DNA of 64,000 nucleotides from the NCBI GenBank assembly GCA_934294885.1, contig CAKRAK010000005.1, positions 9,535 to 73,534 on the forward strand, in the 5' to 3' direction. Position numbers and translations under genes: made by a program. Origin of the DNA: an uncultured Lachnospiraceae bacterium. Lineage in GTDB: Bacteria; Bacillota; Clostridia; Lachnospirales; Lachnospiraceae. Below the pieces are notes generated by a model, which was given only the letters and a program-made list of their open reading frames with translations, was not told where the DNA came from and searched no databases. Within the stretch, counting starts at the first letter, position 1. Each line of letters starts with the position of its first letter. Below, in pieces: positions 20,927-29,456 of the stretch.

Positions 20927-21472
20927 TTATCTTTTTTCTGTCGTTGATGTTTTTTTGTTATTTGTCCGGTTCTGATTTTTTGTGGGATATTCCTGAATCT
21001 TTCCGTCATCTCCAACCCGGTAGATTAAACCGGAAGTGGCATCTACATAGAATTCTCCAAACATTTTCCCTGAATCATCGGAGGTGTCATACAAATTGAA
21101 ATGATATCCCTTTGAGCCTTCCTGATAGTCAACCAGATCCTTTTTTTCATCTCTTAGTTCAAATTTTGCATCTGAGTGATAATTTCCCATTGTATCAAGA
21201 AAATAGTCATGAGCATCTGAATAATTATCAAATCCATTGTCACCTACTAAGTCGTCTACTGCATTTCCAACCCCATCTATAACATCCTCGGCAGCATCGC
21301 CTACATTATCCACAACATCTTCTGCCACGGAATCTTCCTTTGTAGATGCATTCTGCCCCAAATCAGGGTCATTGTTGCCGCTTGTTGAACCGGAGGTTGT
21401 GCTGGAACCACAACCGGTCATGGTAATCAGCAACGCACCTGTAAATAAAATACGAAATAAAATCTTTTTCAT
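20927..21472 (-). CDS. lipoprotein of unknown function
   Basis: Signal peptide with lipobox LITMTGC, a low-complexity Ser/Thr/Asp linker, and a small C-terminal globular domain. Strong RBS AGGAGG. Confidence 0.75.
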   Translation of the reverse strand: MKKILFRILFTGALLITMTGCGSSTTSGSTSGNNDPDLGQNASTKEDSVAEDVVDNVGDAAEDVIDGVGNAVDDLVGDNGFDNYSDAHDYFLDTMGNYHSDAKFELRDEKKDLVDYQEGSKGYHFNLYDTSDDSGKMFGEFYVDATSGLIYRVGDDGKIQEYPTKNQNRTNNKKTSTTEKR

Positions 21473-21535
21473 ATTGGCCTCCTTTTAATCTGATTTTTTA
21501 GACAGATATAGTATGTGTTGATTTAAATAGCTTAT

Positions 21536-22309
21536 TCATTTTTTTTCAGATTGATCAAATTGTTTGCCTGTATGATCAATATAATAATTTTCTTTATAAA
21601 TTAATTGAGATACCGGTACAAAGGAATATCCATCTTCTTTTAATGCGGATAACATTGGAGAGAGAGCATCCTTTGTATATTTTGAACCGTTGTGAAGCAA
21701 AAGAATTGCTCCGTTTTCCAGATTCTTGTGATTGCAGACCCGCTGGATAATGGCGTCTATACCGTAATCCTTCCAGTCGAGGCTGTCTACAGATTGATTA
21801 ATAGACCAGTAACCGCATTCTTTGGCAGTATCTACAACCAAGTCATTCCAATCACTGTAGGGTGCCCGGAAAACATTCATGTTTTTTCCGGTAAGTGCAG
21901 ATACGGTTGTGTCACAATCTGTAATTTCTTTTTTTATCTCGTCCTTGGATAACTGTGGCATATGCTTGTGGTTCATTCCATGGTTACCTAATTCATGCCC
22001 TGCCTGATCTATTTTTATAATGGCATCCGGATGTTCCTTTGCCCATTGTCCGGTTACAAAAAAGGTAGCTGTCACTTGATATTGTTCTAAAATCTGTAAA
22101 ATCTGGTCTAAATCTTCCGTTCCCCACGCACTGTCAAAGGTAAGGGCAAGCTGTTTGTTGTTTGTCTGAACACAATAGATGGGAAGTTCGGAATTGGTAA
22201 ATTCATGAAGGGTAGATATGTAGCTTTGTCCGGAATATTTTTTCAGAGCAAAGAGCAGCACGAAAATCAGGAGGGTCAGAGTAATATATTTCATATAATT
22301 AAAATGCAT
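21536..22309 (-). CDS. polysaccharide deacetylase (NodB homology; PdaB/PdaA-like)
   Basis: N-terminal TM anchor. NodB motifs LTFDSAWG, HELGNHGMNH and LLLHNG. Confidence 0.8.
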   Translation of the reverse strand: MHFNYMKYITLTLLIFVLLFALKKYSGQSYISTLHEFTNSELPIYCVQTNNKQLALTFDSAWGTEDLDQILQILEQYQVTATFFVTGQWAKEHPDAIIKIDQAGHELGNHGMNHKHMPQLSKDEIKKEITDCDTTVSALTGKNMNVFRAPYSDWNDLVVDTAKECGYWSINQSVDSLDWKDYGIDAIIQRVCNHKNLENGAILLLHNGSKYTKDALSPMLSALKEDGYSFVPVSQLIYKENYYIDHTGKQFDQSEKK

Positions 22310-22387
22310 GACGGATTTCCTGACAGAATTTATAAAAAGATATGAGCTTGACAGGGAAATTAGAACAAAAAAAGGGAAAAGTATGAT

Positions 22388-23482
22388 ATGATGATAAAAA
22401 TGGTTTTTCGGTTAGGTGGTGAGCTTGTGAAAAAGATTTGGAATGGATTAAGATATGGTGATGGACAGACCAGAGCGTGCATTGGTGGAGTTTTGCTGTT
22501 TGCGGTGCTGGCTGTTGTATTGATGGTTGTTTCCTGCTTAAGTGGGAAGTTTGGTATTTTTATACTGGGACTGTTATCGGCAGTGGTGGCAATTATCATA
22601 TCTCAGACTTTTCATCTGGTAGAGGATAGCTTTGTTGCGGTGACAGATTCCAAGGGCGGTAAAAATTCAGTTCGTGCTTATTCTGCAAAGAAGATAAATG
22701 TAATGGAACAGAAGAAGGATAAAGAACCGGAAACACACACAAAAGAGGAGACTGGCCATGAGACAGAAGAGACAAACCGGTTTGATGGGTATAATCAACA
22801 ATATATGAAGAAAATCTATCGAAAATATCATGTGAAAAAAGACCACAGACCAATCATCATAGATTCATCAGATTCCTATCATATAAAGGAGTGTCCTGCA
22901 TTTATATGGAGAGTGCATAATAAGGTGTATTTGCTGCTGCTGGAAAAGGAGCCGCGTAAAATAGCCATTTCCAGAGACTTGATCACCCATATGGAATATG
23001 AACCAAAGGTTCGGTGTGACCGTTCAAAAGAGTATCTTGCATTTAAAAAGGAAAATCTGGTAACCGGAGTATTCCGGGAATTTCTGCCGGATTATTTTGA
23101 ATCTAAGGCTCAAAACCGTAACCTGAAATATAAAAATCTGTATAAGCTGTACGCTGATATTATGTTAACTAATCGAAGTGCTTATACCGTTATGGATTTG
23201 CTGTGTCTGGATTTTGTGCCGAAGGATAAGATAACACAGTCGGACAAATTAAATTCCTACTTCAAAAAAGTATATGCGGCATATATTCTGTATCAGGATA
23301 AGGTCTACAGTATTACGGAATATAAGAATCAGATAGAAGAAATCCTTAAGGAGCTGTGCTATTCAGATGTACCCCGTTCGGAGTTTCAGGCAACCCTTGA
23401 TAACATGGTTAAGGGCAGAATGATATCCAGGGAATATGCGGATTATTACAGCAGTCTGAAGGATAAAAAGAGGCTGTCATAA
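22388..23482 (+). CDS. hypothetical membrane protein
   Basis: Two N-terminal TM helices, a charged linker (EQKKDKEPETHTKEETGHETEE), and a C-terminal domain of about 230 aa with no motif I recognise. Confidence 0.6.
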   Translation: MMIKMVFRLGGELVKKIWNGLRYGDGQTRACIGGVLLFAVLAVVLMVVSCLSGKFGIFILGLLSAVVAIIISQTFHLVEDSFVAVTDSKGGKNSVRAYSAKKINVMEQKKDKEPETHTKEETGHETEETNRFDGYNQQYMKKIYRKYHVKKDHRPIIIDSSDSYHIKECPAFIWRVHNKVYLLLLEKEPRKIAISRDLITHMEYEPKVRCDRSKEYLAFKKENLVTGVFREFLPDYFESKAQNRNLKYKNLYKLYADIMLTNRSAYTVMDLLCLDFVPKDKITQSDKLNSYFKKVYAAYILYQDKVYSITEYKNQIEEILKELCYSDVPRSEFQATLDNMVKGRMISREYADYYSSLKDKKRLS

Positions 23483-23490
23483 GACGGTAT

Positions 23491-24315
23491 TCAGGAAAGA
23501 TCTGTGAGAAGGGAAAGATATTCTTCAAAGCAGACACCGTTGTTAATAGGGATATTCTTTCCGGCAGATGATTCCAAACATGTTTTAACAAAATCAGATG
23601 CAAGTTCAATTCCTTTTTTTAATGGAATATTCTTTAGTATACAGCCTGCTATAACAGAGGCGAAAACATCCCCGGTTCCCGGTCTTAAAGGAAGTATTTT
23701 TTCCTGTTCATATACGTAAAAATCCTCATTACAGTAGCATGCGGTTCCGATTTTTTCGTGTGCTTCAATGCCGGTTACGATAATTTTTTTATCCGTATCA
23801 TGGGCGAGTCTCCGGCACATAGATTTAATATTGTCTATAGTCAAATTGTCACTGTAATCCGTATCTGTTAATATACATAATTCGGTAATATTTGGAGTGA
23901 TTACCGTAGCAGCATCCGTTAATTTTTTCATCGCGTTACACATGCTGTCGGTGTAGGAATCGTATAAGCTTCCGTGATCCCCCATAACAGGGTCAATGAT
24001 AATATCCTTAAACTTAAAATCATGAATCATATTAAGAATAATCTGAATTTGTTTTTCGGAACCAAGGAATCCGGTGTAGATTCCATCGAAAGAAAAATTC
24101 AGATTTTTCCATGTCTGAATATATTCTTCCATATACTCTGTAAAATCAACCATCGTATACTCCGGAAATTCCGTCTGGTTCGAAAGGATTGCAGTGGGAA
24201 CAATGCCACATGTGATTTTCATAGCAGATAATATGGGGAGTGCAACCGTAACGGAGCAGCGTCCCATTCCCGATAAATCATTAACAATAGCGATGGATGT
24301 CTGAGCCTGATTCAT
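23491..24315 (-). CDS. pdxK: pyridoxal/pyridoxamine kinase (ribokinase superfamily)
   Basis: IVNDLSGMGRCS N-terminus, GFLGS, and the C-terminal GTGDVFASV anion-hole motif. ATG at 24315 with RBS GAAAGGAA. Confidence 0.8.
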   Translation of the reverse strand: MNQAQTSIAIVNDLSGMGRCSVTVALPILSAMKITCGIVPTAILSNQTEFPEYTMVDFTEYMEEYIQTWKNLNFSFDGIYTGFLGSEKQIQIILNMIHDFKFKDIIIDPVMGDHGSLYDSYTDSMCNAMKKLTDAATVITPNITELCILTDTDYSDNLTIDNIKSMCRRLAHDTDKKIIVTGIEAHEKIGTACYCNEDFYVYEQEKILPLRPGTGDVFASVIAGCILKNIPLKKGIELASDFVKTCLESSAGKNIPINNGVCFEEYLSLLTDLS

Positions 24316-24350
24316 AATAAATTCCTTTCTGTAATGCAAGTAATACCGGT

Positions 24351-24558
24351 AATCGCGAAACGCTTTTTCCTTTATAATTTGTGCAAATTTAATATGGATA
24401 TATCGCAGGCACGCTTGCGCTTCATCCGCACACAGCGGTACTAAACTCGGAATACACTAACGTTTTTCCTCGTTAAGTGCCGGTGTGCTACAAGAGCCTG
24501 CTTATATATCATATTAAATTTTGCACAATGATATAGTTTACTAAGCGTTTCGCAAATT
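24351..24558 (+). repeat. long-hairpin dispersed repeat, copy B (core 24398-24509)
   Basis: Same core as copies A and C. Arms ttgtgcaaatttaatatggatatat / atatatcatattaaattttgcacaa, and basal stem aatcgcgaaacgc / gcgtttcgcaaatt. Confidence 0.9.
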
Positions 24559-24762
24559 CTAAGCAGAATTATGTGATCTAAGTTAATTTTACAATTACCT
24601 GTATAACATAGTATATAAGTGGGGAAAAATCAAGGGATATGAAAAAACTCCGTTTTTGAAATAATAACTGGCATGGTTAAAATAATAAAAACTGGATGTT
24701 TTGACCATGCCAATGTTGGGTTATAATGCAGCGAAAAGAAGGAAAGAGAGGATTATGAAAAA

Positions 24763-25320
24763 ATGGAAGGAACAAAAGTAGAAGAAACAAAAGTAAGCAC
24801 ATCATCCGGCAAAGCAAAACAGATTGCATTAGATGGTATGTTTGTTGCATTAACATTGGTATTTACAGCATTTGTTAATATTCAGGTGCCAAGCTTTGGT
24901 GGTGCAGGAGGATTGATTCATTTGGGAAATGTACCACTTTTTATTGCAGCTATTTTGTATGGAAAAAGAACAGGAGCACTTGCAGGAGGACTTGGAATGG
25001 GTCTGTTCGATATTATGAGTGGTTGGGCCTTGTGGGCACCATGTACCATTATTACTTGTGGATTGATGGGATTTGTAGTCGGTCTGATCTGTACAAAGTG
25101 GAAGGGATATATTGCGAAGGTTGTTGCAATGATTGCCGCATTGGGTATTAAGCTGTTAGGATATTATGTTTTCGAAGCATTTATCATGGGGAACGGAATG
25201 GCTGCTGCATTAAAGTCAGTTCCCGGTAATATTATTCAGGTTGGAATGGCAATGCTGATTGTTATGATTATCATTGAGCCTTTATCAGCAGGCGTAAGAA
25301 TGATATCCCGTAATAACTAA
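24763..25320 (+). CDS. ECF-transporter S component (substrate-capture subunit), specificity unknown
   Basis: 185 aa, about 6 TM helices, Gly-rich pattern typical of ECF S components (GGLIHLGNVPLFIAAILYG...GLFDI). No linked EcfA or EcfT gene. Confidence 0.65.
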   Translation: MEGTKVEETKVSTSSGKAKQIALDGMFVALTLVFTAFVNIQVPSFGGAGGLIHLGNVPLFIAAILYGKRTGALAGGLGMGLFDIMSGWALWAPCTIITCGLMGFVVGLICTKWKGYIAKVVAMIAALGIKLLGYYVFEAFIMGNGMAAALKSVPGNIIQVGMAMLIVMIIIEPLSAGVRMISRNN

Positions 25321-25340
25321 TTTAGAAATGGTAGGATAAA

Positions 25341-26456
25341 ATGATGTATAAAATGATGACACCGGGTCCCACAATGGTCGCTGAAAATGTGAGAACCGCA
25401 AGAAGCCTGGAAACAGGTAATCCGGATTTTGATCTGGAATTTTATGATTACTATAAAGATACCTGTAATTTATACAGTAAGATGTTGCATACAAAGAATG
25501 AAAGTCTGATCTTAAGCGGAGAAGGAATTCTTGGATTAGAGGCAGCAATTGCATCGGTTACGGAAGCAGGAGACAGGGTGCTTGTAATTGATAATGGTGT
25601 ATTTGGAAAAGGCTTTGCTGATTTTGTGAAAATCTACGGCGGCAATCCGGTCTTGTACACAACTGATTATAAAAAAACAGTGGATGTGGAAGACCTTCGT
25701 CGGTATTTGGAAAAGGATTCTGATTTCAAATATGCTACAGTTGTCCATTGTGATACACCGAGCGGAATGTTAAATGATGTTGCAGGGATTTGTCCGTTGC
25801 TGAAGGAATATGGAATCTTAACGGTGGTGGATTCCGTATCAGGAATGTTTGGTAATGAGTTAAATGTGGATGAAGCACAGATTGATATATTATGTGGCGG
25901 TTCCCAGAAGGCAATTTCCTGTCCGATCGGACTTACCCTTGTTACATTAAGCGAGGCTGCAAAAAAAATGATGGAAAACCGGAAAACACCGGTGGCATCT
26001 TTTTACTGTAATCTGATGATATTTAAAAATTATTATGAGAATAAATGGTTCCCATATTCTATGCCAATCAGTGATATTTATGGATTAAGACAGGCATTGG
26101 AGAATATAGATGAAGATCCTGATTTTACATCCCGGCATAAAAGAATCGCCGAGAAAACAAGGCAGGCATTGCTTCGCTCCGGTTTGAAGCTGTACGGAGA
26201 GAACGGATATTCCAACACCGTTACTGTTTTCTGTATTCCGGATGGTGTGACGGCAAAGGATATTTTAGACCGGATGGAAGATCAATACAATATTTTATTG
26301 GCAGGCTCCTTTGATGTATTGACAGGTGAAGTGATCCGGATTGGTCATATGGGTTATAACTGTAATGATACCAATATGACTGAAACCTTAGATGCATTGA
26401 ATCAGACATTGCAGGATTTGGGTGTAAGCCTTCCGAATAAGCTGGAGTACCAATAG
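25341..26456 (+). CDS. class-V (fold type I) PLP-dependent aminotransferase
   Basis: About 370 aa with PLP-lysine context GGSQKAISCPIGL. Lies 20 nt after the S-component gene. Confidence 0.8.
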   Translation: MMYKMMTPGPTMVAENVRTARSLETGNPDFDLEFYDYYKDTCNLYSKMLHTKNESLILSGEGILGLEAAIASVTEAGDRVLVIDNGVFGKGFADFVKIYGGNPVLYTTDYKKTVDVEDLRRYLEKDSDFKYATVVHCDTPSGMLNDVAGICPLLKEYGILTVVDSVSGMFGNELNVDEAQIDILCGGSQKAISCPIGLTLVTLSEAAKKMMENRKTPVASFYCNLMIFKNYYENKWFPYSMPISDIYGLRQALENIDEDPDFTSRHKRIAEKTRQALLRSGLKLYGENGYSNTVTVFCIPDGVTAKDILDRMEDQYNILLAGSFDVLTGEVIRIGHMGYNCNDTNMTETLDALNQTLQDLGVSLPNKLEYQ

Positions 26457-26601
26457 GGCAATGCTGTCCAAAAGAGGTAATGGCTTAATAAAATTAAGCA
26501 CAAATTTAATTATTTGTATGAAATTAAAAAAAAAGCTTGCTTTTTTTAATGAAGTGGTTTATAGTATGTCTATCAAAGGCAAATACGAAAAGCAAGGACA
26601 A

Positions 26602-26633
26602 GGGTGTTCTCATTTAGGAGAATACCCTTTTTT
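26602..26633 (+). terminator. intrinsic terminator (end of the aminotransferase operon and/or glnN leader attenuator)
   Basis: Stem gggtgttctc / gagaataccc (one G-U pair), 6-nt loop, T6 run. Lies 54 nt upstream of the glnN ATG. Confidence 0.7.
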
Positions 26634-26686
26634 AATGAATTTGCTTGGATATTTATAATATTATATAACGAAAGGAAGTATTTATT

Positions 26687-28795
26687 ATGAGTGAAAATGT
26701 AGCAGAAATCTTTGGATCAAATGTATTTAATGATGCAGTTATGCGAGAGCGTCTTCCTAAGGCAGTATATAAGGAATTAAAAAAGACGATTGAACTTGGC
26801 AAAGAGTTAAACCCTGCAATTGCAGATACGGTTGCAAATGCCATGAAGGACTGGGCAATTGAAAAAGGTGCTACTCATTATACACATTGGTTCCAGCCAA
26901 TGACCGGTATTACCGCAGAAAAACATGACGCATTTATTACACCGACAGCAGACGGAAAAGTAATTCTTGAGTTTTCAGGAAAAGAATTAATAAAGGGTGA
27001 ACCGGATGCATCTTCATTCCCTTCCGGTGGTCTTCGTGCAACAAATGAAGCAAGAGGATATACGGCATGGGATTGTACTTCACCGGCATTTGTTAAGGAA
27101 TCACCGGACGGAAGCACCGTACTTTGTATTCCAACCGCATTTTCATCTTATACAGGTGAAGCTTTGGATAAGAAAATTCCTTTATTGCGTTCTATGGAAG
27201 CTGTTAATGTACAGGCACTTCGTATTTTGAAGCTTTTCGGTAACACAACAGCAACAAAGGTAACGACATCTGTTGGACCGGAGCAGGAATACTTCTTAAT
27301 TGATAAAAAAGATTACGCAAAGAGAAAAGACTTAATCTTTACAGGAAGAACTCTTTTCGGTGGAATGCCTCCTAAGGGACAGGAAATGGATGACCATTAT
27401 TTTGGTACTGTAAGAGATCGTGTTCTTTCCTATATGAAGGACTTAAATATTGAATTATGGAAATTAGGTATCACAGCAAAAACACAGCATAATGAAGTTG
27501 CTCCTTGTCAGCATGAGTTGGCTCCGATTTACGGAACAACTAATGTAGGAACAGACCACAATCAGCTTGTAATGGAAACGATGAAAAAGGTTGCAGAGCG
27601 TCATAATCTGGCTTGCCTGTTGCATGAAAAGCCATTCGCCGGTGTAAACGGTTCTGGTAAGCATAATAACTGGTCAATGTCTACTGACGATGGCATGAAC
27701 CTTCTTGAGCCGGGCAAGACTCCTCATGAAAATGTTCAGTTCCTGTTATTCCTTACTGCAATTTTAAAGGCTGTTGATGAGCATGCTGATTTGTTAAGAC
27801 TTTCTGCTTCTTCAGCAGGAAATGATCACAGATTAGGAGCAAATGAGGCACCTCCTGCAATTATTTCCGTATACTTAGGAGAGCAGTTAGATGATGTATT
27901 AAAGCAGTTAGATACAACCGGTGAAGCTACAAGCTCATTACAGGGTAAAGAATATGAGTCAGGTGTCAGCACACTTCCTTCCTTCTTACAGGATGCAACA
28001 GATCGTAACCGTACATCTCCATTTGCCTTCACAGGTAACAAGTTTGAGTTCCGTATGGTTGGTTCTACCCAGTCGATTGCAACACCAAATATCATTTTAA
28101 ATACAATTGTAGCCGATTCTTTGTGTGAGATTGCAGACGAGCTGGAAAAGGCTGATAACTTTGATATGGCTGTTCATGATAAGATCAAGGAGTTAATCGC
28201 TAAGCATAAGAGAATTATCTTTAACGGAAACGGTTATTCTGAGGAGTGGGTTGCAGAAGCAGAGAAGAGAGGTCTTCCAAATATTAAGTGTCTTGTAGAT
28301 GCAGTTGCTGCATTTAAGGATGCCGATAATATTGCAATGTTTGAAAAATTCGGTGTATTATCTGCTGCAGAGTGTGAATCCCGTGCAGAAATCTATTATG
28401 AGAATTATGCAAAGCAGATTAACATTGAAGCAAAGACAATGCTGGATATGGCTAAGAAGCAGATTATTCCTGCAGTTATGAAGTATGCCGGAGATACCGC
28501 AAAGGGTGTAAATGAATTAAAGGCTGTAGGCGTTGATACTTCTGTACAGGAAGCAATTCTTAAAGATATTTCAGTTGAACTTAAGGCAATGACTGAGGCT
28601 GTTGCAAATCTTGAAAAGCTGGATGCAAAGGCTCTTGAAATGGAAGAGAATATGGAACAGGCTGCAAGATGCTTCCATGATGAAGTATTCAGTGCAATGA
28701 GCGAGGTTCGTAAGCCTGCTGATAAGTTAGAGGAATTGGTGGATAAGACATATTGGCCATTCCCACAGTATGAAGATATTTTATTCTACGTATAA
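26687..28795 (+). CDS. glnN: glutamine synthetase, type III
   Basis: 702 aa, a length typical of GS type III. N-terminal [25 protein letters not shown] and central [10 protein letters not shown]..., [15 protein letters not shown] motifs. Confidence 0.9.
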   Translation: MSENVAEIFGSNVFNDAVMRERLPKAVYKELKKTIELGKELNPAIADTVANAMKDWAIEKGATHYTHWFQPMTGITAEKHDAFITPTADGKVILEFSGKELIKGEPDASSFPSGGLRATNEARGYTAWDCTSPAFVKESPDGSTVLCIPTAFSSYTGEALDKKIPLLRSMEAVNVQALRILKLFGNTTATKVTTSVGPEQEYFLIDKKDYAKRKDLIFTGRTLFGGMPPKGQEMDDHYFGTVRDRVLSYMKDLNIELWKLGITAKTQHNEVAPCQHELAPIYGTTNVGTDHNQLVMETMKKVAERHNLACLLHEKPFAGVNGSGKHNNWSMSTDDGMNLLEPGKTPHENVQFLLFLTAILKAVDEHADLLRLSASSAGNDHRLGANEAPPAIISVYLGEQLDDVLKQLDTTGEATSSLQGKEYESGVSTLPSFLQDATDRNRTSPFAFTGNKFEFRMVGSTQSIATPNIILNTIVADSLCEIADELEKADNFDMAVHDKIKELIAKHKRIIFNGNGYSEEWVAEAEKRGLPNIKCLVDAVAAFKDADNIAMFEKFGVLSAAECESRAEIYYENYAKQINIEAKTMLDMAKKQIIPAVMKYAGDTAKGVNELKAVGVDTSVQEAILKDISVELKAMTEAVANLEKLDAKALEMEENMEQAARCFHDEVFSAMSEVRKPADKLEELVDKTYWPFPQYEDILFYV

Positions 28796-28825
28796 TCTTA
28801 CATAGAACTTTATATTGTATAAAAA

Positions 28826-28858
28826 GAAGAAACCGGTTGATGACCGGTTTCTTTTTTT
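28826..28858. terminator. bidirectional terminator
   Basis: Stem gaaaccggt / accggtttc flanked by A and T runs. Overlaps the stop of the convergent gene. Confidence 0.8.
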
Positions 28859-29456
28859 ACGCTTTATATTCAAATATATATTTTTCAAAGCCGTTAATAA
28901 CGGTAGTATGTTCGTTATAGATACATTCCCGCTGTTGCTTCCAGCTGTAGTTTAGATGCACATGACCATGTAAAAAGTATTTTGGTTTGTATTTATCCAA
29001 TAAATTCCGGAATATTTTGAATCCGGAGTGGGGAAGATCTTCCCCGTCATTCAATTGATAGGCCGGGGCGTGGGTAACAAGAATGTCAAAGCCGTTGTTT
29101 TTTCGTAATTTAAACCATAATTTTCGGACTCTGTGAGCCATTTCCTGTTCGGTATATTGATAGGTTCCGTAGTTATAGTTTTTGGAACCGCCTAAACCTA
29201 AAATGCGTATGCCCTGATAGACGTAGATGTCATCGTCAATACAGATACATCCGTCAGGAGGTGTTGTATCATATATCTCATCATGATTTCCGTGAACATA
29301 AAGAATCGGAACCTTTGCAAAGGTAGCAAGGAATGACAGGTATTGAGGTTTCAAATCTCCGCAGGAAATAATCAGATCGATATTATCTAATTTGCTCTTT
29401 TCAAAATAATCCCACAGGTATTTCGACTCTTCATCGGCAAGTACAAGTACATTCAT
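28857..29456 (-). CDS. metallophosphoesterase (calcineurin-like) family protein
   Basis: Motifs VLADEES, CGDL, GNHD, THAP and HGHVH. Confidence 0.85.
   Translation of the reverse strand: MNVLVLADEESKYLWDYFEKSKLDNIDLIISCGDLKPQYLSFLATFAKVPILYVHGNHDEIYDTTPPDGCICIDDDIYVYQGIRILGLGGSKNYNYGTYQYTEQEMAHRVRKLWFKLRKNNGFDILVTHAPAYQLNDGEDLPHSGFKIFRNLLDKYKPKYFLHGHVHLNYSWKQQRECIYNEHTTVINGFEKYIFEYKA

Noticed and set aside
20809-21099. 96-aa plus-strand ORF in the track.
   Set aside because: It overlaps the convergent lipoprotein gene and the bidirectional terminator, has no RBS, and gives a low-complexity translation. The 50-codon ORF at 20721-20873 is preferred.
24669-24727. Inverted repeat TGGCATGGT-N27-ACCATGCCA and a TTGACC…TATAAT pair upstream of the ECF S-component gene. 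They were considered as an operator and promoter.
   Set aside because: The -35/-10 spacing is only 15 nt, and the 27-nt loop makes a protein operator or RNA hairpin assignment speculative. They are not reported as features.
26461-26658. 65-aa plus-strand ORF upstream of glnN.
   Set aside because: It lies in an AT-rich intergenic region, has no RBS, and spans an intrinsic terminator hairpin. It is unlikely to be coding.
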